The notes beneath the pieces were generated by a model. That model was not told where the DNA came from, made no database searches, and saw nothing but the letters and a program-made list of their open reading frames with translations. Shown in pieces: positions 37,839 through 45,865 of a stretch of 62,215 nt of DNA. Within the stretch, counting starts at the first letter, position 1. The number at the start of each line of letters is the position of its first letter. Made by a program: the position numbers and the translations under genes. Origin of the DNA: Pseudomonadota bacterium. GTDB lineage: Bacteria > Myxococcota_A > Polyangia > Fen-1088. The stretch lies in assembly GCA_023438785.1 (NCBI GenBank), contig JAEXQJ010000176.1, forward strand, positions 1 to 62,215. Reading direction: 5' to 3'.

Positions 37839-38378
37839 ATGAATATCATCAGGGTTCCCGTCAAGGGCCTCGTGACGTGCGGATTCCAGAGTCGCGCTGT
37901 CGGGCGATGCAACGGCTTTACCGGCGTGAAGGTCGACTGCGCGCTGAACATCAGTACGAACATGCCGCTCTCCATGGACGAGATCGTCGTCGCTGACTTC
38001 TCCGACGGGAACTTCAGCAAGGTGATCTCGCTCATCGGCAGGACGTCCATCGTGGTCTCCGGTCTCACCTCGTGCGGTGCCGTCATCGTCACCGACATGC
38101 TCTGCAAACAGGCTGCGGCAGGACACGTCTCGGGTGATCTGCACATGGTGGAGAAATGGTGCACGCTCATCCGCGCGCGAAGGAGCTTTCACGCGCGCTA
38201 TTTGGTCGTCGGCTGCGGCAAGTGTGGCTCCATGTCGAACGCCAAAGACGTCGCCAAGGAGTACGAGGAGGCGTTGGGGATAGACACCAAGAACACCTTC
38301 CTCTTCGAGGGGTGTGGCGCGGTCGGGGTAACCCGGGCCGGGGTCGCCTTCGCGCAGTGCGATTCGATGTGGGGGTGA
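37839..38378 (+). CDS. orphan cysteine-rich cytoplasmic protein (179 aa), function unknown
   Basis: No signal peptide. There are 11 Cys, including GLTSCGAVIVTD...AAGHV and VVGCGKCGS. Third-position GC bias is coding-like, but overall GC is lower than in the flanks. Confidence 0.5.
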   Translation: MNIIRVPVKGLVTCGFQSRAVGRCNGFTGVKVDCALNISTNMPLSMDEIVVADFSDGNFSKVISLIGRTSIVVSGLTSCGAVIVTDMLCKQAAAGHVSGDLHMVEKWCTLIRARRSFHARYLVVGCGKCGSMSNAKDVAKEYEEALGIDTKNTFLFEGCGAVGVTRAGVAFAQCDSMWG

Positions 38379-38398
38379 ACGCCGGCCGGCCTGGTGCT

Positions 38399-39973
38399 CT
38401 AGGGATAGCTCGGGACTGGCACGGTCACGTCGGTGGCGACGTCGATGGGAATGGAGGCGTAGAAGATGCGGCCCCGATCGTCCAACTCGCGCACGCGTTC
38501 GAGGAGCTGCGCGAGATCCGGGGCCGGAACGGCCGCGTGCTCGACGTCGCCATTAACCACGATGGTCACCGGCCTCCCCATGTCGACCATCTTGGGGTGC
38601 AGGAGCACGCGCAGGTGTCGAACGCCGTTGGTTTGAATCTCCAGGCGGTTGTTCCCCTTGTTCTCACCGTAGAACGTCACCCCCGCCGCCACATCCGGGC
38701 GTGCATCGACTTCGATCCAGTTGCGGAAATTCCAGCGCAGCGGTCGGCCATCGATGGCCTCGCCTGCAGGCGTGGTGGCATTCGGATAGCCAAGCTCGCC
38801 CACGGCATGGAGGAAGGTTCGCGCCGGGTACAGGTTGCGCGTGCTGGCGGCGAAGAGCGCGGCGATGGCCGGGATCTCGTCTTTGTAGATCTCGTGACCG
38901 CCGGTCTTCTTGACGATGGTCCACGGGTACTTGTGCTCCGTGAGCCAGGCCCCGAGGCGATCATTCGTCGTGTCGAGCTCGTAAGGCTCGCTGGTTCCGT
39001 AGGTGACGTATCCGACGGTGCCGAAGACGTTCTCGATGATGTGGTCGTCGATGTACGTCGCATAGCCGCCGCTCTGGGGCGAGAAGGCCGCGTACCGGTC
39101 GCCACGGTTCATGGCCGAGCGCCACGTCAGGTGACCGCCCATCGACTGGCCCGTGATGTAAATGCGATCGGGATCGATGTTGTACGCGCGGATGGTCTCG
39201 GAAATGACCGATTCGATGAGCACATCGCCCAGCGGTCCCCATCCGACGGTGGTCGCGGGCGCAATCATGACCGCGCCGAGCTCGCCGTCGGCCATCTGGC
39301 GGTAGGCCGACAGATACGACTTGGCGGTGCTTTGCGCATAGTCGGCCGACATGTTGCTGTTGCCCCCGTGCCCGACCACCACGAGGGGTGTCTTGCGCGT
39401 GGATTGATACGACGACGGGACATAGAGCCAGTACTTCGAGCTGTAGCGCGCGTGATAGCAAGCCACGTCGATGAGCGCGAAGCTGCCTGTGCCGGCGTCG
39501 GGGTTCGCGCCGCTCGGTCGAAATGTCATGGGTCCCGATCGGATCAGATCCTCCACATCGCTCGCCGTGAATCCCTGCTCCGCGAGCTGGCCCGCAAGCC
39601 CGGAAGCCGTTGGCGGCGAGGCCTGGTTGCGGCTTTCGATGAAGGCCTCGATGGCCTCTTTGGCCGCGAGCCGGTCGGCTTCGGTCGGAATCCTCGACGG
39701 CGCGTCTCGGCCGGCATCCGCGGCAGAGTCGAGGGCCAGATCGGGTGATCCGCCGTCGAGCGCCTCCGCGGTCATGCCGCCTGCGCCGCCGCCCGCCTGT
39801 CCGCCCGGGCCCGGCGAGCCGCCGCCCACTCCACCGCTGCTCGTGATGCCACCACTGCCCCCCGAACCGCCGCGAGCACCGGCGTTCGCACCTCCGCCGC
39901 CGCCACAGCCGAGCGGAGGGAAGAGGAGGGTGGGGACCGCGAAAGCGAGGAGGAGAAATGATCGTGCTGTCAT
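38399..39973 (-). CDS. secreted lipoprotein alpha/beta-hydrolase (esterase / depolymerase-like) with a Gly-rich linker
   Basis: Lipobox FPPLGC, a Gly/Ser linker, an oxyanion-like VVVGHGGNS, the nucleophile elbow GQSMGG, and a later GGHE. The start is taken at MTARSF (39973). Confidence 0.75.
   Translation of the reverse strand: MTARSFLLLAFAVPTLLFPPLGCGGGGGANAGARGGSGGSGGITSSGGVGGGSPGPGGQAGGGAGGMTAEALDGGSPDLALDSAADAGRDAPSRIPTEADRLAAKEAIEAFIESRNQASPPTASGLAGQLAEQGFTASDVEDLIRSGPMTFRPSGANPDAGTGSFALIDVACYHARYSSKYWLYVPSSYQSTRKTPLVVVGHGGNSNMSADYAQSTAKSYLSAYRQMADGELGAVMIAPATTVGWGPLGDVLIESVISETIRAYNIDPDRIYITGQSMGGHLTWRSAMNRGDRYAAFSPQSGGYATYIDDHIIENVFGTVGYVTYGTSEPYELDTTNDRLGAWLTEHKYPWTIVKKTGGHEIYKDEIPAIAALFAASTRNLYPARTFLHAVGELGYPNATTPAGEAIDGRPLRWNFRNWIEVDARPDVAAGVTFYGENKGNNRLEIQTNGVRHLRVLLHPKMVDMGRPVTIVVNGDVEHAAVPAPDLAQLLERVRELDDRGRIFYASIPIDVATDVTVPVPSYP
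39776..39904 (-). repeat. Gly/Ser-rich low-complexity linker coding repeat
   Basis: Encodes GGGGGANAGARGGSGGSGGITSSGGVGGGSPGPGGQAGGGAGG immediately after the lipobox cysteine. Confidence 0.6.
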
Positions 39974-40179
39974 GGTACTCCAGGAGGGCCATTGCGGCCG
40001 CTGTGCGGCCATGCTACGCGAACATGATGCCACGGACGCCGCGAGAGCCTCGGACCGTTTGCCGCGGATGCGGCGGCCAACCATGCATGCGGCACCTCAC
40101 CTGCCGGGCAGCCCTAAACTCAATATCCGGGGCGAACGTGTCGATTAGACCACGGACGGCCTTCTAGGAGATTGACGAA

Positions 40180-40710
40180 GTGACCAGATTCAGTGTGCGT
40201 TGGATGTTACTCTCGATGGTGTTGCTGATCGGCTGCAACAGCAGCAAGGATGAACAGGATGCGGGCTCGTCGATCCCCGACGCCGTATGGGGCGCCTCCG
40301 AGACACAGCTATCGCCATTCGACGGCGGGCCGAGCAGTCCGGGGCAAGACAGCGCCCCCTCGGTCTCGATTCCCGCCGTGCCGCCGCCCGACCTCGCGGT
40401 CGAAGCCCCGGCCATCAAGACCGCCCTCGTGTCGCTCAGCACCGCGCTCACGGCCCGCGACCTGACCGCGGCCACGGCAGAGTTCGTACCCGCGGCGCGC
40501 GCCGGTTATCGCACCATGTTCGAGGGCGCGTCTGCGGACAAGCTCGACAAGCTCGCGGCGGCGCTGGCGCAAGTGGATGTGACGACCCTGGTTCCGAGCT
40601 CGATCGACCAAGCCGTGCTGCGCGCGGAGGCGGTCGTCTCGTTGGACGGGCGCACGTTCCACGTCGGTCTGATCAAGCTCGACACCCAATGGCTCGTGGA
40701 GACCCTGTAG
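40180..40710 (+). CDS. hypothetical lipoprotein (possible NTF2-like C-terminal domain)
   Basis: GTG start with AGGAG 10 nt upstream. Lipobox LLIGC and a Pro/Ser-rich linker. The stop lies 13 nt before the PLC-like gene. Confidence 0.55.
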   Translation: MTRFSVRWMLLSMVLLIGCNSSKDEQDAGSSIPDAVWGASETQLSPFDGGPSSPGQDSAPSVSIPAVPPPDLAVEAPAIKTALVSLSTALTARDLTAATAEFVPAARAGYRTMFEGASADKLDKLAAALAQVDVTTLVPSSIDQAVLRAEAVVSLDGRTFHVGLIKLDTQWLVETL

Positions 40711-40723
40711 GCGGAGGACGACC

Positions 40724-42574
40724 ATGAAGTGCACAAGCATCCTCGTCCTCGCCCTGGTCGGTGTCACCGCGCGCGGCGCCCATGCCTGGGAGAACAAGCA
40801 AGCCCACCCGGCGATCAACGAACGCGCCTTCGACTACTTTTTGCAGAACGTGGCGACCAGCGCGAAATACCAGCGTGGCCCCATCGACCGCGAGATCGTC
40901 GTGGCCGGTCCCGCCGTCACGGTGCCCGGCTATTTCAACATCACCACCGGGACCGAGCCGCGCACGGTCAGGAATTGGCTGGGCCACGGCGGGTTTTCTG
41001 CCGACGAGCCCGAGATCATCATGTCGTTGCGCCACTTCTTCGATCCGTTGGCCGAGGAGCAGTACTACCTGACCGACATTGTGGGCGACACCGCCGTCAC
41101 CAACCCGGCCATCGACGCGCGCACCTGGGCTATCGACGGGCCTTCGAGCGTCATGTACCCAGAGAACGACTTCTCCTGGGTCAAGGGCCTCGCCTACTAC
41201 CGGCTGGCCATGGCGCAGGAGAAGGATCGTGAGGAAAACCTGGCCAAGGCGTTCCGTGCCCTGGGCGAGACCATGCACCTGCTGGCCGACATGACCCAGC
41301 CCGCGCACGTGCGCAACGACGGGCACCCGAGCGGCGACACCGACGCCATCGAAGATGCGGTCACCAGAGCCGTCATCGACAGCGTCGACGTCACGACGGC
41401 GCCCGGGGTGACCATCGCCGTGACGGTGCCTGAGCTCTTGTTCCAGAACGTCGCGTCCTACACCAACGAGTCCTTCTATTCCGACGACACCATCGCCGAT
41501 AGCACCGCCGGCTTGAAGCCGTACAACGGCAAGCCGCCCTACGAGAAGCCGAGCTTCGCGGCGCTGATCTACCTGGACGGCGTGGTCAGCCGTGGTTCCG
41601 ATCGCATGCTGGAGCAGACGCTCAGCGGCTACATCTTCGGCACCAACGCTCCCAAACCCTTCCACATCCCCGCGGCCTTCGCCCCAGACTATGCCCGGCG
41701 GCTCATCCCGCTGGCCGTGCAGGCCAACGCGCGGCTCATCGACATGTTCCTGCCAGACCTGTCGCTCACCATTTCCGTGCAGGAGGGAACCGACGCGGCC
41801 ACGGTCGGCGGCGAGCTCGTCCACAAGCTGGACAGCGTGTGGAAGCAGGCCATCGCCTACAGCGGCCCAGGCACCCTCTACAGGCAGGGCGGCCAACGTG
41901 TCGCGGACGTCACCTTCACCGCCGGGGTCATGGCCGGTCGCACGTTCACGCTTGCCAAGGGAGACGTCATCTACCTGGAGGTCAAGGCTGGCGGCCGCAC
42001 CTTCCGCAGCCCCGAGGTGACCATCCAAGGTCCGGCACCGGAGAGCCTGCTCACGAAGTGGCAGGCGAAAACGGGCGCCACTTTCGAGTTCACGGGCCGC
42101 TTGGTCTATGACGACGGCGAAGTCCAATCGACCGATCCTCCCGGCTTGACCTTCCTGTTCACGAGCATGTTCGGAACCGGTATCAAGTGGAGCGGCACCT
42201 CGTTCAGCGCCAAGAAGGTCACCACCACGGGACCCTTGAGCATGCCCGGCGATCGGGAAGTGACCTGGGTCGAGACGCTTGCGCTCGCCGGGAACATGTC
42301 GGCCGACGGCCGCACCCTTTTGTCCATCCGGGCCGAGAATATCACGGCCACCACGTCGGTTTACTCGGACGGCCGCAGCGAGGTCTCCAATGACACCGCC
42401 ATCCTCGAAGCCAAGGAGCTGCCGCTCGCGGGCGGTAGTGCCGGCCAGTTCTCAGTTTCGTCGGAGGTCCGCTCCCACGTGGTGCACCTCGAGCAGACCG
42501 ACGCCACCCTGAAGAGGTCGTCCATCGACAACGCGCAGTGGACCCAGGCCGCCCTGAGCTTCACCTTCCAGTAG
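40724..42574 (+). CDS. secreted zinc-dependent phospholipase C (alpha-toxin/S1-P1 fold)-like protein with a large beta-rich C-terminal region
   Basis: The signal peptide ends AHA|W, so the mature N-terminus is Trp (WENKQAHPAINERAF), as in zinc PLCs where Trp1 ligates zinc. RHFFDP (compare DHFWDP), ALGETMHLLADMTQPAHVRND (compare LGEAMHYFGDIDTPYHPANV of C. perfringens alpha-toxin) and GHPSGDTDAIED follow. About 270 further residues have no recognisable motif. Confidence 0.72.
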   Translation: MKCTSILVLALVGVTARGAHAWENKQAHPAINERAFDYFLQNVATSAKYQRGPIDREIVVAGPAVTVPGYFNITTGTEPRTVRNWLGHGGFSADEPEIIMSLRHFFDPLAEEQYYLTDIVGDTAVTNPAIDARTWAIDGPSSVMYPENDFSWVKGLAYYRLAMAQEKDREENLAKAFRALGETMHLLADMTQPAHVRNDGHPSGDTDAIEDAVTRAVIDSVDVTTAPGVTIAVTVPELLFQNVASYTNESFYSDDTIADSTAGLKPYNGKPPYEKPSFAALIYLDGVVSRGSDRMLEQTLSGYIFGTNAPKPFHIPAAFAPDYARRLIPLAVQANARLIDMFLPDLSLTISVQEGTDAATVGGELVHKLDSVWKQAIAYSGPGTLYRQGGQRVADVTFTAGVMAGRTFTLAKGDVIYLEVKAGGRTFRSPEVTIQGPAPESLLTKWQAKTGATFEFTGRLVYDDGEVQSTDPPGLTFLFTSMFGTGIKWSGTSFSAKKVTTTGPLSMPGDREVTWVETLALAGNMSADGRTLLSIRAENITATTSVYSDGRSEVSNDTAILEAKELPLAGGSAGQFSVSSEVRSHVVHLEQTDATLKRSSIDNAQWTQAALSFTFQ

Positions 42575-42748
42575 GTCGCTCAGCGCCCGCTATCGCGGCG
42601 TCCACCAGCCTCCGGCCATCGCGCAACCCTCGGCGCGTGACACCGAGGAGGAGCGTGACTTGGGTAACACTCTTGTGGCCGGAAGATGGGGTAGGCTGCA
42701 GGAATGCCGACGCCTGCAAGAGCCCCTCGCTCCCACAGGGGAAGCATC

Positions 42749-43465
42749 ATGAAGAGCAAGTGCATGCAGGCCATGGCCGTCGTGACGTGCATCCTCGCCG
42801 CCTGTGGCTCGCGGACCAGAACCACGGCCGAGCAAGACGCTGCCGGCGACCTCGGCAAAGGAACCGGAGGCAGCCCAGGCAGCACCGACGCCCAGCCGCC
42901 GGCCTGCGAAAGCCTGCCAGGCGGCACCTGTGCCTCGATGGCGAACGGTTGCGCCGTGTGCCCCGCCGGAACGTACGTCAATCCCACGCGGGAAGGGTGC
43001 TCCGGGTCGACCTGGTGCTGCACCAAGCAGCCTCCCCCGACCAGTCCTTGTGGCGCCATCAACGGCGTTTGCGTCGCGAACGCCGACGCCTGCCCCAATC
43101 GATGGAAGGACGTCGAGACATCGTGCAATGACAGCGTGAACAGCGTCTGCTGTACACCCGACGAGAGTGACTGCCCGGCCTTTCCCCAGAGGTGCGCTGA
43201 CATCGGCGGCGTCTGCACCGCATCCCGATGGATCCGATGCCCCGCCGGAACCGAGCCCTATGCCCTCGACGCCGACCAACTTGGCTGCGAGGGCGACTGG
43301 GACGGATGGTGCTGTGTCGACGCGCCCCCGTCGAGCTGCGCCGACAGTCGAGAAGGCGGCATGTGCGTCCCCGGCGACAAATGCAAGGGGTGCTTCGAAG
43401 CCCATCCCAATGCCAGCTTGACCTGCGAACCTGGACGCGTCTGCTGCGTCGACATGTGCGACTAG
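42749..43465 (+). CDS. lipoprotein made of four tandem six-cysteine modules
   Basis: RBS AGGGGAAG precedes ATG 42749. Lipobox ILAAC. Four modules of about 35-45 aa each fit C-x6-8-(G)xC-x6-7-C(P)-x10-15-C-x5-7-CC. There are 28 Cys after the lipid-anchor Cys. Confidence 0.7.
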   Translation: MKSKCMQAMAVVTCILAACGSRTRTTAEQDAAGDLGKGTGGSPGSTDAQPPACESLPGGTCASMANGCAVCPAGTYVNPTREGCSGSTWCCTKQPPPTSPCGAINGVCVANADACPNRWKDVETSCNDSVNSVCCTPDESDCPAFPQRCADIGGVCTASRWIRCPAGTEPYALDADQLGCEGDWDGWCCVDAPPSSCADSREGGMCVPGDKCKGCFEAHPNASLTCEPGRVCCVDMCD

Positions 43466-43514
43466 CCCCCGCTCGCCGAGGGGAGGCTGCACCGACCACG
43501 GCCGCTGGCCCGGA

Positions 43515-45479
43515 TCAGGGTAGGACGGCTTTGATGGTCGAGCATAGCTCGTGAAGCATGAACGGCTTCGCGAGCGTGCGAGTAAAACCAGAAGAGCGCG
43601 TTCCAGGCAACAGTTCTTGGTCCGCGTAGCCGGTGATGGCGATGGCGAGCAGGTTGGGATCCAAATGGCGGAGCCTGGCGAGGGCCTCGGCCCCGCCCAT
43701 GCCGCCGCGAACGGTGAGATCCAGGATCGCAAGTTGGAAGGGCGCGCCCGCGGTACGGGCGCGAAGGAATTCCGACACGGCCTGGTCGCCGTCGCCCACA
43801 ACCACGACCGAGTATCCGACCTTGCTGAGGCCTCGTTCGAGGAGTGTGCGAATCGCGATCTCGTCGTCCATGACCAGGATCCGCGCCGAGCCCCGTTCGA
43901 GCGAACCGGTCATCGCTGGTGCCTGTGCGGCCTGGTCATCCACGGCTGGGATCTCTAGCTCGAAGGTCGCGCCTTCACCCGGGCGTGAGCGGACCGAAAG
44001 CTGACCGCCGTGCTCGGTCACGATGGCGTAGCTGGTGGCCAGCCCCAAGCCGCTGCCGTCCCGCTTGGTGGTGAAATATGGCTCGAAAATCTGGTCGACG
44101 ATGTCAGCGGGAATACCCGGTCCATTGTCGGCGATGGTCAGCCTGACCAGGCGGGCAGGGCGCCCGGCCGCGTGTGAGCTGTCGTCGACCACGGCCACCG
44201 AAACCGTGATCGCCCCCTGGTCGTTCATGGCCTGACGAGCGTTGACCAGCAGGTTGCTCAGGACCTGGGCCATCTGACCGGGATCCACGACCGCCATGGC
44301 CGGCGCTTCGCTGTAGCGCTTTTCGCAACGGATGGACGAGCCGCTGAGGGCGAGGAGGATGCTTTCGTCGAGCAAGGGGCGCAGGTCGGTGGCCTTCCTT
44401 GCCGCGGCTCCTCGTTTGGCGAAGGTCAGCAGCCTTCGCGTCAAATCGCGAGCCCGGTCAAACGCGGCCCGCGCGAGCGTGCGATTGGCCTCGCGCTCAG
44501 TATCGTCCAGGACAATCCGAGGATCGAGATCCAGCCCTGCAAAGATGCCCATGAGCAGGTTGTTGAAGTCGTGGGCCACGCCGGCCGCAAACAGGCTCAA
44601 CGATTCCAGCCTTTGCACGCGGGCCAGCTCCTGGCGCAGACGGCGTTCCTCGGTCACGTCGGCGCACGAGAGCATGTGACCAAGCGGCGTGTGATCCTCA
44701 CCGGCGATGGCGTGCTTCTCAATCCGCACCCAGATCGGTTTCGATGAGCTGACCGGAGCGGCGAGCTGCATTTCGGGGGAGCCTTGCTGGTCACGATCGG
44801 CGAACCACCCTTCGAAAGCCGTGCGCGAGGCGAACAGGGCGCTGACCGGCTTTCCAAGAAGGTCATCGACGGTCTTCTCCAGCATGCGAAGGATGGTGGG
44901 ATTGGCGTAGGTGACGTCACCGCCGGGACTGGTGAAGAGAATCCCGCTCGAAGATGAGGCCAGCGCGAAGTCCTTCAGCCGTAGCGCCTGATTCACCTTC
45001 TCCAACTCGGCCAGCTTGTCCTCGAGCTTGTGGATGAGAACCTGGCTGTATTGCTGCAGGAAGGGGGCCTCGGCGGCTTGGCTCTCCCGCTGGTTGCGCG
45101 GGCGTTCGCTGCAACGTGCGAGGACCTCGCGCACCCGTTCCATGAACACCGCGGGTTCGGTGGGCTTGACCAGGAACAGGTCGGCACCCAGGCTCAGGGC
45201 CAGATCCTCGTCGCGTTTGTCGACGTAGGTGGCGGTGTAGATGATGAAAGGAATGGCGCGGAAACGTGGATCGGCCCTCCACGCGCGGCACAGGCTGAAC
45301 CCGTCCATCACCGGCATGAGGATGTCGGAAATGACCACGTCGACGGCATGCGCCTCGGCGAGGTTCAAGGCCTCGCGACCGTTGGGCGCCTCCAGGACGG
45401 AGAAGCCTTCCGCGGTCAGCAGACAGCGGAGGAGGTAGATTCCCTCCGGGTGATCGTCGACGACGAGAGCCACTTTCAT
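43515..45479 (-). CDS. hybrid histidine kinase: receiver, coiled coil, PAS, HisKA, HATPase, receiver
   Basis: N-terminal receiver (VVDDHP...[10 protein letters not shown]...VKP), H-box [17 protein letters not shown] and GSGLGL boxes, and a C-terminal receiver (VMDDE...[12 protein letters not shown]). Confidence 0.88.
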   Translation of the reverse strand: MKVALVVDDHPEGIYLLRCLLTAEGFSVLEAPNGREALNLAEAHAVDVVISDILMPVMDGFSLCRAWRADPRFRAIPFIIYTATYVDKRDEDLALSLGADLFLVKPTEPAVFMERVREVLARCSERPRNQRESQAAEAPFLQQYSQVLIHKLEDKLAELEKVNQALRLKDFALASSSSGILFTSPGGDVTYANPTILRMLEKTVDDLLGKPVSALFASRTAFEGWFADRDQQGSPEMQLAAPVSSSKPIWVRIEKHAIAGEDHTPLGHMLSCADVTEERRLRQELARVQRLESLSLFAAGVAHDFNNLLMGIFAGLDLDPRIVLDDTEREANRTLARAAFDRARDLTRRLLTFAKRGAAARKATDLRPLLDESILLALSGSSIRCEKRYSEAPAMAVVDPGQMAQVLSNLLVNARQAMNDQGAITVSVAVVDDSSHAAGRPARLVRLTIADNGPGIPADIVDQIFEPYFTTKRDGSGLGLATSYAIVTEHGGQLSVRSRPGEGATFELEIPAVDDQAAQAPAMTGSLERGSARILVMDDEIAIRTLLERGLSKVGYSVVVVGDGDQAVSEFLRARTAGAPFQLAILDLTVRGGMGGAEALARLRHLDPNLLAIAITGYADQELLPGTRSSGFTRTLAKPFMLHELCSTIKAVLP

Positions 45480-45865
45480 GGCGATTCCTCTCCCGTGGCG
45501 GGCACGTGAGCCCGTAGCTGTTCGACAAAGGTGTCGGGATTGATCGGTTTTTCGATGTATCCGGTCGCGCCCGCGGCCAGGGCCTTCTCGCGGTCGCCGA
45601 CCATGGCGTATGAGGTCACGACGATGATGGGTGTCTCGCGCTGTCCCTCCTGCTGTCGCAGCTTCTGCGCGACCGCGTAGCCGTCCAGGTCCGGAAGCTG
45701 GATGTCGAGCAGAATCAGATCGGGGTTGGTCTCTTTGGCCACGGCCAAACCTTGATGGCCATCACGTGCCTCTCTGACCACAAAGCCACTCTTCTCGAGC
45801 AAGAACCTCATCAGATAGAGGTTTTGCTCGTTGTCTTCGATGATGACCACGGTTCGAGCCTTCAT
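45476..45865 (-). CDS. single-domain CheY-like response regulator
   Basis: [10 protein letters not shown]...[11 protein letters not shown]...TSYAM...EKP. It overlaps both neighbouring genes by 4 nt. Confidence 0.9.
   Translation of the reverse strand: MKARTVVIIEDNEQNLYLMRFLLEKSGFVVREARDGHQGLAVAKETNPDLILLDIQLPDLDGYAVAQKLRQQEGQRETPIIVVTSYAMVGDREKALAAGATGYIEKPINPDTFVEQLRAHVPATGEESP

Noticed and set aside
38060-38125. CheD-like deamidase assignment for the orphan Cys-rich ORF, based on Cys-x16-His spacing
   Set aside because: The only support is one spacing coincidence. The Thr of the CheD triad is not at the right offset, and the Cys is far from the N-terminus. It is kept as a low-weight remark in a finding, not as an annotation.
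38156-39748. 530-aa plus-strand ORF
   Set aside because: It is antisense to the esterase lipoprotein gene (GQSMGG, lipobox). The translation is Arg/Gly/Val-rich with no motifs.
40673-42127. 484-aa minus-strand ORF
   Set aside because: It is antisense to the PLC-like gene, whose frame carries a signal peptide and zinc-ligand motifs.
42575-42748. Short hairpins (CCTCGG-n9-CCGAGG; GCAGG-n10-CCTGC) between the PLC-like and Cys-module genes as terminators or riboswitches
   Set aside because: The stems are only 5-6 bp with no U-tract and no recognisable riboswitch core. Such palindromes are expected by chance at this GC content.
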